A stretch of 64,000 nucleotides of DNA from Candidatus Acidiferrum sp. GTDB lineage: Bacteria > Verrucomicrobiota > Verrucomicrobiia > Limisphaerales > UBA8199. The stretch covers positions 26,878 to 90,877 of the forward strand of contig DATMRF010000011.1 of the NCBI GenBank assembly GCA_035566435.1, in the 5' to 3' direction. Shown here one piece after another: positions 1-8,697 of this stretch (positions are counted from its first letter, which is position 1; every line of letters begins with the position of its first letter). A program made the position numbers and the translations under genes. The notes below the pieces were generated by a model that was given only the letters and a program-made list of their open reading frames with translations, was not told the DNA's origin and searched no databases.

Positions 1-146
1 CGAGGCGGGAGCCGCAACCAGGATTAAGAAAACAGCGGCGCCCAACCACACTGCCACGTTGAGCAAACCCATGAATCGCAACAACCCAATCACGGGGGCA
101 CGGTAGGAAAAGCGGGGACGGATGCCAAGCCCGGACTCGGGAGAGC

Positions 147-241
147 GTGATGCGTGAAACGTGAACCGTGCCGCGCGAAAGCGCCTGGCGGCGCCGCCAC
201 TTATTCCGCATCACGCTTCACGCACCGCGCCGTGTCACCTC
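147..241. repeat. Degenerate heptad array pair forming an imperfect hairpin (GTGNNNC family)
   Basis: 147-174 is GTGATGC GTGAAAC GTGAACC GTGCCGC. 207-241 is CGCATCA CGCTTCA CGCACCG CGCCGTG TCACCTC. Positions 151-164 pair with 211-224 (13 of 14, one bulge). Located just downstream of the phoH2 stop. Confidence 0.7.
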
Positions 242-252
242 GAATGACTCCG

Positions 253-1575
253 TTACAAAATGTTCGCCGCCAGCTCCGCCAGCTCCGACCGTTCTCCCTT
301 TTGGAGTTCGATGTGCGCGGCGACCGGCTCGGTGCGGAAGCGGCTGACTACGTAATTGAAGCCGTTCGAGGAGGAATCCACGTAGGGATTATCGATTTGG
401 TAGGGGTCGCCGGTGAGAATGATTTTGGTGCCGTGACCGACGCGGGTGATGATGGTTTTGGCCTCCAGCGGGGTAAGGTTTTGCGCCTCGTCAATAATCA
501 TGAACTGGCCGGCAATGCTGCGGCCCCGGATGTAGCTCAACGCCTCTACGACAATGCTGCCCGAACGCATCAGGTCGCCGCTGCGGCGATGCTCGTGGCC
601 CATGTTCAGGTCGCTGAGCATTTCCAGCGCGTCGTGGATCGGTTGCATCCACGGCGCCAGCTTCTCTTCGAGCGAGCCAGGGAGAAAACCCAGCTCTTTC
701 CCCATGGAAATGGTCGGCCGGGCCACCACCAGGCGCCGGAATTCCCGGTCCAGCACCGTCCGTTTCAGGCCGGCGGCCATCGCCAGCAGCGTCTTGCCCG
801 TCCCCGCCTTGCCCATCAACGTGACGAGCTTGACCTGGTCGTCGAGCAGCGCGTCGAAAGCAAAATGCTGTTCGCGGTTGCGCGGGCGGATGCCCCAAAC
901 ACCTTCGCGGCAGTCAATGATCGGCACCAGCCGCTTGCCCGTCGCGTCCACTTTGGCCAGCGCCGTGCGTTTCGGGTTGGTTTCGTCCACGAGCGTGCAA
1001 AACTCGTTGGGAAAATATTGTTGGCCGCCATTAAGCTCCAGTTCGCCGTTCGCGCGGAACGCGGCGATTCGCTCGGGACTGGCGCTCATCTCGATCATGC
1101 CCGTGTAAAGGTCCTTGAGCAGCACCCGGTCGTTCTCGTAATCCTCGGCCATCAGCCCGAGCGCGTCGGCCTTGATTCGGAGATTGATGTCTTTGCTGAC
1201 CAGGATCGTGTGAGCCTTCGGCTGCGTTTTTTTGATGCTGAAGGCCAGCGACAGGATGCGGTTATCCACCGAGTCGGTGCCGAACACCGCATGCCCATTC
1301 CGAGCCGGACCCGCTTTCTGAAAGGCGATGCGCAAGTGGCCGCCATTGGGCAGCGGCACCCCCTCGCTCAACTGGCCCGCGCCGCGGAAGCCGTCCAGCA
1401 TGCGCGAGACCATGCGGGCGTTTTGGCCGAGTTCGGTGGATTCGCGTTTAAAGCGATCAATCTCCTCGATGACCTCGATCGGCAGGAGGACATTGTTGTC
1501 CTCGAACTTGAGCAGGGAATTGGGGTCATGGAGCAGGACATTGGTATCAAGGATGTAATTCTTTTTCACGAGCAA
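253..1575 (-). CDS. PIN domain + PhoH-like ATPase (PhoH2/YlaK type)
   Basis: N-terminal PIN-like segment (ILDTNVLLHDP, IEVIEEID), Walker A GKAGTGKT, PhoH-type motifs IIDEAQNLT and GDPYQID. Listed first codon is TTG; GTG at 1569 is an alternative start. The 5' end overlaps the upstream GST-like gene. Confidence 0.85.
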   Translation of the reverse strand: MLVKKNYILDTNVLLHDPNSLLKFEDNNVLLPIEVIEEIDRFKRESTELGQNARMVSRMLDGFRGAGQLSEGVPLPNGGHLRIAFQKAGPARNGHAVFGTDSVDNRILSLAFSIKKTQPKAHTILVSKDINLRIKADALGLMAEDYENDRVLLKDLYTGMIEMSASPERIAAFRANGELELNGGQQYFPNEFCTLVDETNPKRTALAKVDATGKRLVPIIDCREGVWGIRPRNREQHFAFDALLDDQVKLVTLMGKAGTGKTLLAMAAGLKRTVLDREFRRLVVARPTISMGKELGFLPGSLEEKLAPWMQPIHDALEMLSDLNMGHEHRRSGDLMRSGSIVVEALSYIRGRSIAGQFMIIDEAQNLTPLEAKTIITRVGHGTKIILTGDPYQIDNPYVDSSSNGFNYVVSRFRTEPVAAHIELQKGERSELAELAANIL

Positions 1576-2233
1576 ACAGCTTCAATTGAACCTGCGCCAT
1601 GCGGCGATGCCAATCTTTCAGCCGGGTATGTTTGGTCGGCAGCCGGTAACGCCCCGAATACAGGAAGTTGCCCAGCATGCCGTACAAATCGAAATCGACA
1701 AACCGCGGCCGGTCGTCCATCAGGAAGGGCCGGAACATCAGCATCTCCTCGAAAGGAATCAACCGCTGCTCCAGTTGCGCCAGCAGTTCTTTTTGCTTCC
1801 CCTTCCACTCATCGATGCAGCACCGTCCGAACTTCCGCTCCTTATGACGCAGGAAACGCAGCCGGTCCGAAGCGGGCACCATGTCGCGCCAGTGGACGTC
1901 ATTGAGCCTGAAGCAAGGGCTCTCGATCTCGTTTTCGATATAGCGCCACAAAACAGATTGAACGCCTTCGAGTTCCCAGGGAAACAGGCCCAGTTTCAGT
2001 TTAGTGTCGAGATACTTCGCGATCACCTGCGAATCGTCACTGACCTCGAAGATCACCGTCTTGCCGTGCCGGATAATCGGCACGCCGTAATAACGTTGCC
2101 GGGTCACGCGCCAGACCAGGGAGCGGTCCCCATTGGGAATGTTGGTGATTTTGAAGTGGCTGCCTGAGAATTCCAGGATGCGGCGTTGGACAATGCAGAA
2201 AGGACTCCAGGGAAACTGAATCAGTTCAATCAT
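1547..2233 (-). CDS. GST / glutaredoxin-2-like thioredoxin-fold protein
   Basis: Thioredoxin-fold N-terminus (FPWSPFC ... YYGVPII) followed by a helical GST-C-like half. The ATG at 2233 overlaps the batE-like stop (2226) by 8 nt. Confidence 0.5.
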   Translation of the reverse strand: MIELIQFPWSPFCIVQRRILEFSGSHFKITNIPNGDRSLVWRVTRQRYYGVPIIRHGKTVIFEVSDDSQVIAKYLDTKLKLGLFPWELEGVQSVLWRYIENEIESPCFRLNDVHWRDMVPASDRLRFLRHKERKFGRCCIDEWKGKQKELLAQLEQRLIPFEEMLMFRPFLMDDRPRFVDFDLYGMLGNFLYSGRYRLPTKHTRLKDWHRRMAQVQLKLFAREKELHP

Positions 2234-3026
2234 GTCGCGAGTTGACTTTAGGATCGCCGGAGCGGACTGACAAGGGAAAATGCGAAATCAGGCCCAACTC
2301 GGCGCGCTCGACCCAGCCGCTTGCCCGGCTGGTGCGGATCAGCAAATAGTTGCCGCGGGTGCGCTCAAGACGCGCTGGCTCGCCGCCGGCAAGGCGAGTT
2401 ACGTTTTGCGCTTCCTGCGTGGGCGTGAGGCGCAGAGGCGTATCCTTCCTCAACACAAAACCGATGCGGGATCGAGTGTCCACACCGATATGGGCCGGAA
2501 CGCTCAGCAGGAAAACGGCGAAGCCAACGGCCGCGACCGCCTGGTGCCAGGCCCGTTTGCGCGCGCGAAAGATGCCGGGAAGCAGAACCAGGCCGACTGC
2601 CAGCCACAGGCTCGAGCCCGCCAGCCAGGCCCACCAGTTGACCGGCAGCCAGGTCGAGACCACTTCGTACCACGCCAGCTCCGGTGATTCAAGCTGAGCG
2701 GTTTTTCGCGCGTAGCGCAGATTCTCGCGGGCGTACGCGTTAAAGGGATCGAGCCACAGCGCCTGTTCCCAGGCGACCACCGCCGGCCCCGGGCGGCCAA
2801 GCTGCCATTCGGCGCTGCCCAGATTCTGCAATGTGCCGGAAGCCGGCCGGAGCTCCGCGGCCTGGCGAAACGCAGTGGCCGCTACTGGAAACTCGCCGGC
2901 GCGGTACGCCGCGGCGCCCGTTTGGAACAAGGCGCGGGCTGGTGAACCCTCTCCAGCACTTGCGAAGTGCAAAAAGAAGGTGAGCCAGAAAATCCGAAAT
3001 CCGAAACCCGAATCTCCGCGGTTCAC
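2226..3026 (-). CDS. BatE-like TPR/SH3 membrane protein
   Basis: TPR-like helices (AAAYRAGEF, LGSAEWQLGRPG, LWLDPFNAYAREN), two TM helices and a beta-rich C-terminal domain. Last position in the Bat-type operon. GTG start lies in a GTGA overlap with the upstream stop. Confidence 0.55.
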   Translation of the reverse strand: MNRGDSGFGFRIFWLTFFLHFASAGEGSPARALFQTGAAAYRAGEFPVAATAFRQAAELRPASGTLQNLGSAEWQLGRPGPAVVAWEQALWLDPFNAYARENLRYARKTAQLESPELAWYEVVSTWLPVNWWAWLAGSSLWLAVGLVLLPGIFRARKRAWHQAVAAVGFAVFLLSVPAHIGVDTRSRIGFVLRKDTPLRLTPTQEAQNVTRLAGGEPARLERTRGNYLLIRTSRASGWVERAELGLISHFPLSVRSGDPKVNSRHD

Positions 3027-4960
3027 AAGCGGTCCTCCAAGTCCTGCAACACCGCCTCAAGGTCGGGTTGAAGTGCGAGCAGTTCGCCGGGGGCGAGTGG
3101 TTCGACAGAAAAACGCTCCGCATCGGTGACCGAAAAGAACCGGCGCACGACTTCGCCCGCGCGCCCGGCACGTTCGGATTCGGAGAGCAGCCCCAGCACG
3201 TCAGCGCCCACCAGCGCGCGCGGCTCGGCGGGATAATGTGGGGCGCACGCGATGCGCAGAGCGGACACGCCCAGGCCGGCAAAGCGGCCGGTGTCACCAG
3301 CGAGCGCGGCTGTTTCGAGAGCGCGCCGGGCGCGGTGCAAAGCGCGCCGGGCGCGCCTTCGCCGGACAACTTCAGGGTGCTGCTCGAGGAAGCGGCGGCG
3401 CCGGTCCCAGGACCACAAGCCGAGGAACGCGCCGGCCGGGGCGAGCTGGACCGCCGGGTACCAGGGTCGTAGCTGGAAGGGGGTCAGGCTGGCGGCGGCC
3501 GCACCGGGCCCCGCGGCGAGTCCGCTGAGCATCGGCTCCCGTTCGGGGGGAGGACTTACCGCGTTGGCCTGCGCCAGGGCCTTCAAGTCGCCCGGGGCGG
3601 CACCCGGCAATATCTGGATGGGGACCGGCTGGATCGTCAAATCATTGTAGGCGAGCGCGCTCGGATCAAAAAAGCTAAAGGGAATCGGCGGCGTGGCGAG
3701 GGTGGCTGGCGTAAGCGGAATCAAGGTGAACTCAAAGGTCGCGTAGCCCTGTGCTTGAACAATCTGAGGCGGCGTGCTGTCCGCGGGGGAATCAAAGACC
3801 TGCCAGTCACGGTTCCTCGGGGGGGGCGGGGCGACCAGGCGAGCGAGGTTGCCGTCGCCATGCACTTTCACCCTCAGCCTGACGGGGTCACCCACGCGAA
3901 CCATGTTGGTGGCGAGCTCGGGAGTGTCTATGCTGAACGTGCCGATCGCCCCGGTAAACCCGGGTAACCGTCCGTCGCGAGGCAAGGGACGCACCTGGAG
4001 TTCGACGGGGTCGGAATCCAGCAGTGTGTAGGGGCTCCAGCTCCCATTGACCGCCCCGGCGCCATTGATGAAGAGTGAGGCTGACCCGCGCGTAATGAAA
4101 AATCCCTGGGCGAAGGCCGACAGTCGCCCCGCCCGGATCGGGGTAAGGATGGTTTCGTAACTTGGTACAGGAAGGTTGATGGCACTGGGATTCTGTAGTC
4201 TTGGTTCGAACCGCTGCCGAAACGCGCTCGGGTCAACAATAAAGCCGTCGCCGGCGATCTGCAGAGGTATCGTCCCTTGCGACACCAGGCCGGCCCCGGG
4301 GGGACACTCGATACGCACGCGGAGTGCCTGACCAACAAAGAGGTTGGTGGTCGCGGCTTGCAGGATCAACCGCGGCGCCGGCTGAACTGACGCCGACGAG
4401 GCGTCCACCACTTCGAGCAGCGCGGTGGGGACGGTAACGGACTTGCCGTAAACGGTGACGGCGAATTCGGGAATCGTGAACCGGCCCGGCTCGGAAGAAC
4501 GAATGTGATAGTTGAAAGTGGTTCGAGGCTGGAGAGTGGCCCCGCCAAAGACGAGAATCTGCCCGTGCGCCCCTGCCCGGGTCTGGAGTTGAGGCGGCTC
4601 GGCGAATTTGCCCGGCCAATTAACCGATTCTTCGAGCGCGTTGAACGTCACGCGATACGTGGCGTCTTCGCCTGGCCTCACCACCGGAGGGTCGACGGAC
4701 GCGGCGGCGAAAACCGTTGAGGAGACATCAATGGAAGGCTGAGACAGCATGAGAGACATCAACGGGTCGGGCATGGCCGGGGCGGGAGCCGGCTGGGGCT
4801 GGGCCAGCAGCGGCGAATCAACCGATAGAAGGAGGAGAACGAGGACGAGGAACACCCTGCCGGAGTTCGGTTGCGACTCTGCGGCGCATTGGCCGCAGCG
4901 TCGCCTGGCGGCCAGTCGTGCGTTTGCCTCTCGGGTTTCGTATATCGACTCTGAAAACAT
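3023..4960 (-). CDS. BatD-like (oxygen tolerance family) membrane protein
   Basis: Signal anchor, long beta-rich ectodomain, C-terminal TM followed by an R-rich tail. The position between batC-like and batE-like genes matches the Bat operon layout. Confidence 0.6.
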   Translation of the reverse strand: MFSESIYETREANARLAARRRCGQCAAESQPNSGRVFLVLVLLLLSVDSPLLAQPQPAPAPAMPDPLMSLMLSQPSIDVSSTVFAAASVDPPVVRPGEDATYRVTFNALEESVNWPGKFAEPPQLQTRAGAHGQILVFGGATLQPRTTFNYHIRSSEPGRFTIPEFAVTVYGKSVTVPTALLEVVDASSASVQPAPRLILQAATTNLFVGQALRVRIECPPGAGLVSQGTIPLQIAGDGFIVDPSAFRQRFEPRLQNPSAINLPVPSYETILTPIRAGRLSAFAQGFFITRGSASLFINGAGAVNGSWSPYTLLDSDPVELQVRPLPRDGRLPGFTGAIGTFSIDTPELATNMVRVGDPVRLRVKVHGDGNLARLVAPPPPRNRDWQVFDSPADSTPPQIVQAQGYATFEFTLIPLTPATLATPPIPFSFFDPSALAYNDLTIQPVPIQILPGAAPGDLKALAQANAVSPPPEREPMLSGLAAGPGAAAASLTPFQLRPWYPAVQLAPAGAFLGLWSWDRRRRFLEQHPEVVRRRRARRALHRARRALETAALAGDTGRFAGLGVSALRIACAPHYPAEPRALVGADVLGLLSESERAGRAGEVVRRFFSVTDAERFSVEPLAPGELLALQPDLEAVLQDLEDRL

Positions 4961-4982
4961 CTGTTCGCAGGATTGGACCTAA

Positions 4983-5939
4983 TCACCAAGTCCGCCCCGA
5001 ACGCTCTTTGGGCTCCGCTGAATCCTTCTGTCCCATGGGTAGCCGGCGCTCGCTGTCGAGTTTAAGACCTTCCAACAGCCACGCCGCTTGCTCCGGGGTG
5101 AGCGTATAGATTTCGTCGCCTTCTTTGGTGGGGCCTTCTTTCTGTCCTGGTTGCGGGCCGTTCGGCTGGTCCTCGTCGTCCTCATCGTCTCCCGCCCCGC
5201 CGGGCGGCATGTCGGTGGCGGGGATGCGGCCTTTGAGCTGTTTTAGCTTTTCACCCAGTTGATTGTTCTTTTCGCCCATCGACATCGCGGTTTGCTGGAG
5301 CTCGCGCAGGGTGTCGATGAGTCTCGCGATACAGCGATCGACTGTCTCGGCATTCTGTCGAGCGTCGGCGTCCGGCCGGTTCAGCTCGAAATCACTTTTG
5401 AAGTCACCGGCAGAACGCTGCCATTTGTTCAGCGCCGTCCCATGCGTTTCCAAGGCTCGTTGAACCACTTTCGTGGCCGCCTTCATTTCTTTGCGCACGC
5501 CGCGTCCGCGCAGGTAAGCCGCGACCATTTTTTGAACATCGTCCCCCGCCAACGCCTCATCCGCGGCGCGGTTGGCTTCGTCGGCCCGTGCCGCGGCCGC
5601 TCGGCCGCGCGCGGCCGTAGGCGCGGCGGCCGGCCCCTTTTTCAACTCCTCGATGCCCTGGCCGAACCGGACGTGGCCCAGGTTATAAAGCAAAGGCGGT
5701 TGCAGGCGCTCGCTTTGGCTGGCCAGGGCGCTCTCGAAAAATGCCTCCGCCTCCCGGAGCTTGCCCTCGCGCAGTTTCTGCGTGCCGGCGTTGAAAAAGT
5801 CGCGGGGCGTGGACGGCGCAGCGGGTTCCGGGGAAGACGGAGGAGAACTAGCCGCCACCACCAGCCCAGCGAGCACGAGACTACCGAGAGTGCGCCAGAG
5901 GCCACGGCCGGCTAAAAATTGGCAAATCGCCTTGATCAT
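4983..5939 (-). CDS. BatC-like TPR protein
   Basis: N-terminal TM, TPR-like pair (EAEAFFESALAS ... LLYNLGHVRFGQG) and an acidic DDEDDED tract. The ATG lies in an ATGA overlap with the batB-like stop. Confidence 0.5.
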   Translation of the reverse strand: MIKAICQFLAGRGLWRTLGSLVLAGLVVAASSPPSSPEPAAPSTPRDFFNAGTQKLREGKLREAEAFFESALASQSERLQPPLLYNLGHVRFGQGIEELKKGPAAAPTAARGRAAAARADEANRAADEALAGDDVQKMVAAYLRGRGVRKEMKAATKVVQRALETHGTALNKWQRSAGDFKSDFELNRPDADARQNAETVDRCIARLIDTLRELQQTAMSMGEKNNQLGEKLKQLKGRIPATDMPPGGAGDDEDDEDQPNGPQPGQKEGPTKEGDEIYTLTPEQAAWLLEGLKLDSERRLPMGQKDSAEPKERSGRTW

Positions 5940-6964
5940 GGGGGAATTTCGCGCAAGTGACGGCGTGTGCCAACGAAAGATTCGACCACCAGCAGGAACA
6001 GCGCTGCTGCCACCGGCCAGTGGAAGCGGTCCACGCCCAATTTTCGCGCCGGGGCAGCTCCGGAGGTGTTGCTCAGGTCTTCGAGCGCCAGCCGGACTTT
6101 GGCCAGCCCTTCGCCGACTGGACCCAGGGGATAGTAGGCGCCATGCGTGGCCTGGGCAATGGCGCGCAAGGTAACCTCGTCCAGCCGACTGTGCACGACC
6201 TCGCCCTTGCTGTCGCGCAGCAATTCGGGCCGGCCATGCTCGTTGAGCATCTGGATCTCCGCCCCGGCGGGTGTGCCGACGCCAATGGTGAACACCACCA
6301 CGCCCTGTTTAGCGAGAGGTTCAGCCACTCGGACCCCCCCTTTTTCCAAATCTTCGCCGTCCGTGAGCAGCACCAGGAGTTTCTGCCGTTCGTTCTTGTC
6401 AAGCGCGTGGGAGCCTTCGTTGAGCGCGCGGCCAACATCGGTCCCGAGGACCGGGATGGTTCGGTCATCGACCATCATGAGCGCGTCCTGAAAGGCGCCA
6501 TAGTCAAACGTGAGCGGGCACTGGAGAAACGCCTGGCCGGCGAACGCAACGAGGCCGACCCGGCCATGGCCCTGGCGCTGGACAAAGTCAAGGATGGCAA
6601 GCTTGGCGCGTTGAAGCCGGTTAGGGCTGACATCACTTGCGAGCATGCTGCGCGAACAATCCAGCAGGAAAACGACATCCTGCCCGAACAGATGACTGGC
6701 TTCGGCTTGCTCCCCCCATTGCGGCCTGGCCAGAGCGAGGCCCATGCCCGCCAGGGTTGATACCAACAGCGCGTGCTTGAGCGCGCGGCGTGCGCGGCTG
6801 TGGGAGCGGGTCAACTGGGAAAGGAATTCCGGCGCGGCAAGTTGGGCGAGTTGCTGTCTTCGCTGCAAGGCCGAGTACTGCTGCAAAAGGAGCAGCACGA
6901 CCGGCCCGAGGGCCGCCAGCCATAACCACTCAGGCTCGGCGAAGTGAGGATGAGATAAATTCAC
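5936..6964 (-). CDS. VWA domain membrane protein, BatB-like
   Basis: MIDAS motif DVVFLLDCSRSM, N- and C-terminal TM helices. Start placed at GTG 6964, which forms a GTGA overlap with the batA-like stop. The ORF stays open up to 7039. Confidence 0.75.
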   Translation of the reverse strand: MNLSHPHFAEPEWLWLAALGPVVLLLLQQYSALQRRQQLAQLAAPEFLSQLTRSHSRARRALKHALLVSTLAGMGLALARPQWGEQAEASHLFGQDVVFLLDCSRSMLASDVSPNRLQRAKLAILDFVQRQGHGRVGLVAFAGQAFLQCPLTFDYGAFQDALMMVDDRTIPVLGTDVGRALNEGSHALDKNERQKLLVLLTDGEDLEKGGVRVAEPLAKQGVVVFTIGVGTPAGAEIQMLNEHGRPELLRDSKGEVVHSRLDEVTLRAIAQATHGAYYPLGPVGEGLAKVRLALEDLSNTSGAAPARKLGVDRFHWPVAAALFLLVVESFVGTRRHLREIPP

Positions 6965-8001
6965 GGCACCCTCCTGAGCCGCGTGTTGGCAAGAACGGCC
7001 TCCAGCGCAAACAGCCCCACCGCCGCAAGCAGCGGCCATTGGAACAATGTCCGGTAGGTGGTAAAGCGCCGGAGTTTCACTTCGGTTTTCTCAAGCCGAT
7101 CAATTTCGTTGTAAATTCTCTCCAATTCATTGCGGTTGGTGGCCCGATAGAATTTTCCCTTCGACAGGGCCGACATTCTGCCCAGCACATCGTAATTGGC
7201 GGGCTGGAGCATCATCCCAGGCCTGAGATTGCCCTGTTCATCAAGCTCGAGCTTGCCCGTGCCGGGGTCAAAGGCGTAGAGCGGGCAGGGCTGCTCGATA
7301 CCAATACCGATGGTATAGACCTTTACCCCAAGCGCCGCGGCCAGTTGGGCGGCGGGCACAGGATCGATTTCTCCCTTATTGTTATCGCCGTCGGTCAACA
7401 GGATGATGATCCGGCTCTTGCTGTCTTTGAGGTCCTTGAGCCGTTTGGCGCCCGCTGCCGTGGCGTCGCCGATGGCGGTACCGAGGTCGCGAATCAGGCC
7501 AACGTGCAAGCGGTGCAGGTTATCGACGAGCCAGTCGTGGTTGAGCGTCAGCGGGCTGGCGAGGTACGGCACGGCGGAAAAGACAATCAGCCCGAGCCGG
7601 TCGCTGGGCCGTTTGCGAATGAAATCTTCGAGTACCTGGGACGCGATGTCGAAGCGGGAAACGCGTTCGCGAGGCGCTCCCATATCGAGGGCCATCATCG
7701 ACCACGACAAGTCCAGCACGAGCATGATATCCACGCCGCTGGCCTGGGTTTCGGTGTGGTCATTGGCGAAGCGCGGTCCGGCCAGCGCGATGATGCACAG
7801 CGCGACGGTCAGGATTCTTAAAAAGACCAACAACCGGCCCGCGGCTGCCCGGGCCGCCGCGCCGGCAGCGCGAGCGATGTCCGCGCTAGGGAACCGCAGT
7901 GCCGAAATCTTCCCAATGCGTCCGCGCAGGAAGGAATATACCGGCAAAAGCGCCAGGAGGGCCAGCAGCCACGGATACTGAAATTGGAAATCACCGGTCA
8001 T
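6961..8001 (-). CDS. VWA domain membrane protein, BatA-like
   Basis: MIDAS motif DIMLVLDLSWSM, two N-terminal TM helices and one C-terminal TM helix. The ATG at 8001 overlaps the upstream gene by 11 nt. Confidence 0.8.
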   Translation of the reverse strand: MTGDFQFQYPWLLALLALLPVYSFLRGRIGKISALRFPSADIARAAGAAARAAAGRLLVFLRILTVALCIIALAGPRFANDHTETQASGVDIMLVLDLSWSMMALDMGAPRERVSRFDIASQVLEDFIRKRPSDRLGLIVFSAVPYLASPLTLNHDWLVDNLHRLHVGLIRDLGTAIGDATAAGAKRLKDLKDSKSRIIILLTDGDNNKGEIDPVPAAQLAAALGVKVYTIGIGIEQPCPLYAFDPGTGKLELDEQGNLRPGMMLQPANYDVLGRMSALSKGKFYRATNRNELERIYNEIDRLEKTEVKLRRFTTYRTLFQWPLLAAVGLFALEAVLANTRLRRVP

Positions 8002-8593
8002 GGGCGCGAGGAGCGGGGGCGACGGGCGAGGGACCGGTTTGCGCGAGGGCTGTTAGGCTCTCTTCCGCTCGCTGAATCAGCTTTGCGGCAACCTCAACGG
8101 CGTCCAGCGGCGGCTGAGGAGGCACAGGCGCGAATTTCCGTTCATCGCATTCACGCAGAAAATCGCTGACCGTCGCTGAAAGTTCCGGGCTGACTTGTGG
8201 GAGGGCCACGAGGGTTGAGCAAAACTCGGAAGTGGTGCGCTCCGCGGGCGGGAGGCCAAGGCTGAGGCTGAAATAATGGCGGAGAATTCCGGAAACCCGG
8301 CTGAGCACAACGCCGCTTTCCGCCTGCCCGCGCAGGGATTGAAGCTCCTCCTGCGCCTGAATCGCTGGTGGTGTAATGACGGGAGGTCGCTTCGGACGCA
8401 GAAGTAACCAGACCGCCACCCCCGCCAGGACGAGGAGACCCAGCGCGCCAAAAACCACCCAGGAACCGTATTGCTCCCAGAACCCAGGCGCGATCTCACC
8501 CCGTGGAGGCACGAGCGGAGGGATTTCATCAACGGCGATCAAATTGGTAGCGGCATGGACAGGTGCGGCCAAGACATAGGACAAAACGGCCAT
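7991..8593 (-). CDS. DUF4381-like single-pass membrane protein
   Basis: Signal-like MAVLSYVLAAPVHA, then P-rich segment + TM (WVVFGALGLLVLAGVAVWLL). This is the usual slot between DUF58 and batA. ATG at 8593 is preferred; a TTG at 8701 would give a TTGA overlap with the DUF58 stop. Confidence 0.5.
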   Translation of the reverse strand: MAVLSYVLAAPVHAATNLIAVDEIPPLVPPRGEIAPGFWEQYGSWVVFGALGLLVLAGVAVWLLLRPKRPPVITPPAIQAQEELQSLRGQAESGVVLSRVSGILRHYFSLSLGLPPAERTTSEFCSTLVALPQVSPELSATVSDFLRECDERKFAPVPPQPPLDAVEVAAKLIQRAEESLTALAQTGPSPVAPAPRAHDR

Positions 8594-8657
8594 AAGAGAA
8601 CACAGAGACCATAGAGAGCCGGACCTTGAAGGATTTCTTTGTGGTCCCTGTGTTCTT
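8594..8657. repeat. Intercistronic stem-loop between DUF58 and DUF4381 genes
   Basis: AGAACACAGAGACCA (8597-8611) pairs with TGGTCCCTGTGTTCT (8642-8656), 14 of 15, with a 30-nt loop. Confidence 0.5.
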
Positions 8658-8697
8658 TTGTGGCAATTCCGGTTGTTCGCCGTTGGTCTTCGGATGT

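Noticed and set aside
1-72. Possible start of a minus-strand membrane protein (MGLLNVAVWLGAAVFLILVAAPAS...) running off the left edge of the window.
   Set aside because: Only 24 codons are visible, and there is no ribosome-binding site or family signature. It cannot be supported from this window.
154-1905. 583-aa plus-strand ORF, and many other long ORFs antisense to the called genes. Examples: 5957-6760, 6790-7821, 9701-10819, 14469-15395, 20922-22214, 25363-26100, 33748-34938, 36852-37847, 41353-42303, 45153-46073, 46544-47968, 51313-52311.
   Set aside because: Their translations are R/A/G/P-rich with no recognisable motifs. The opposite strand in each case carries clear family signatures (Walker motifs, MIDAS, Rossmann, and so on). 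Long antisense ORFs are expected in high-GC DNA.
4195-4215. tRNA T-arm-like GGTTCGAACC string.
   Set aside because: It lies inside the batD-like coding frame. No acceptor or anticodon arms can be built around it.
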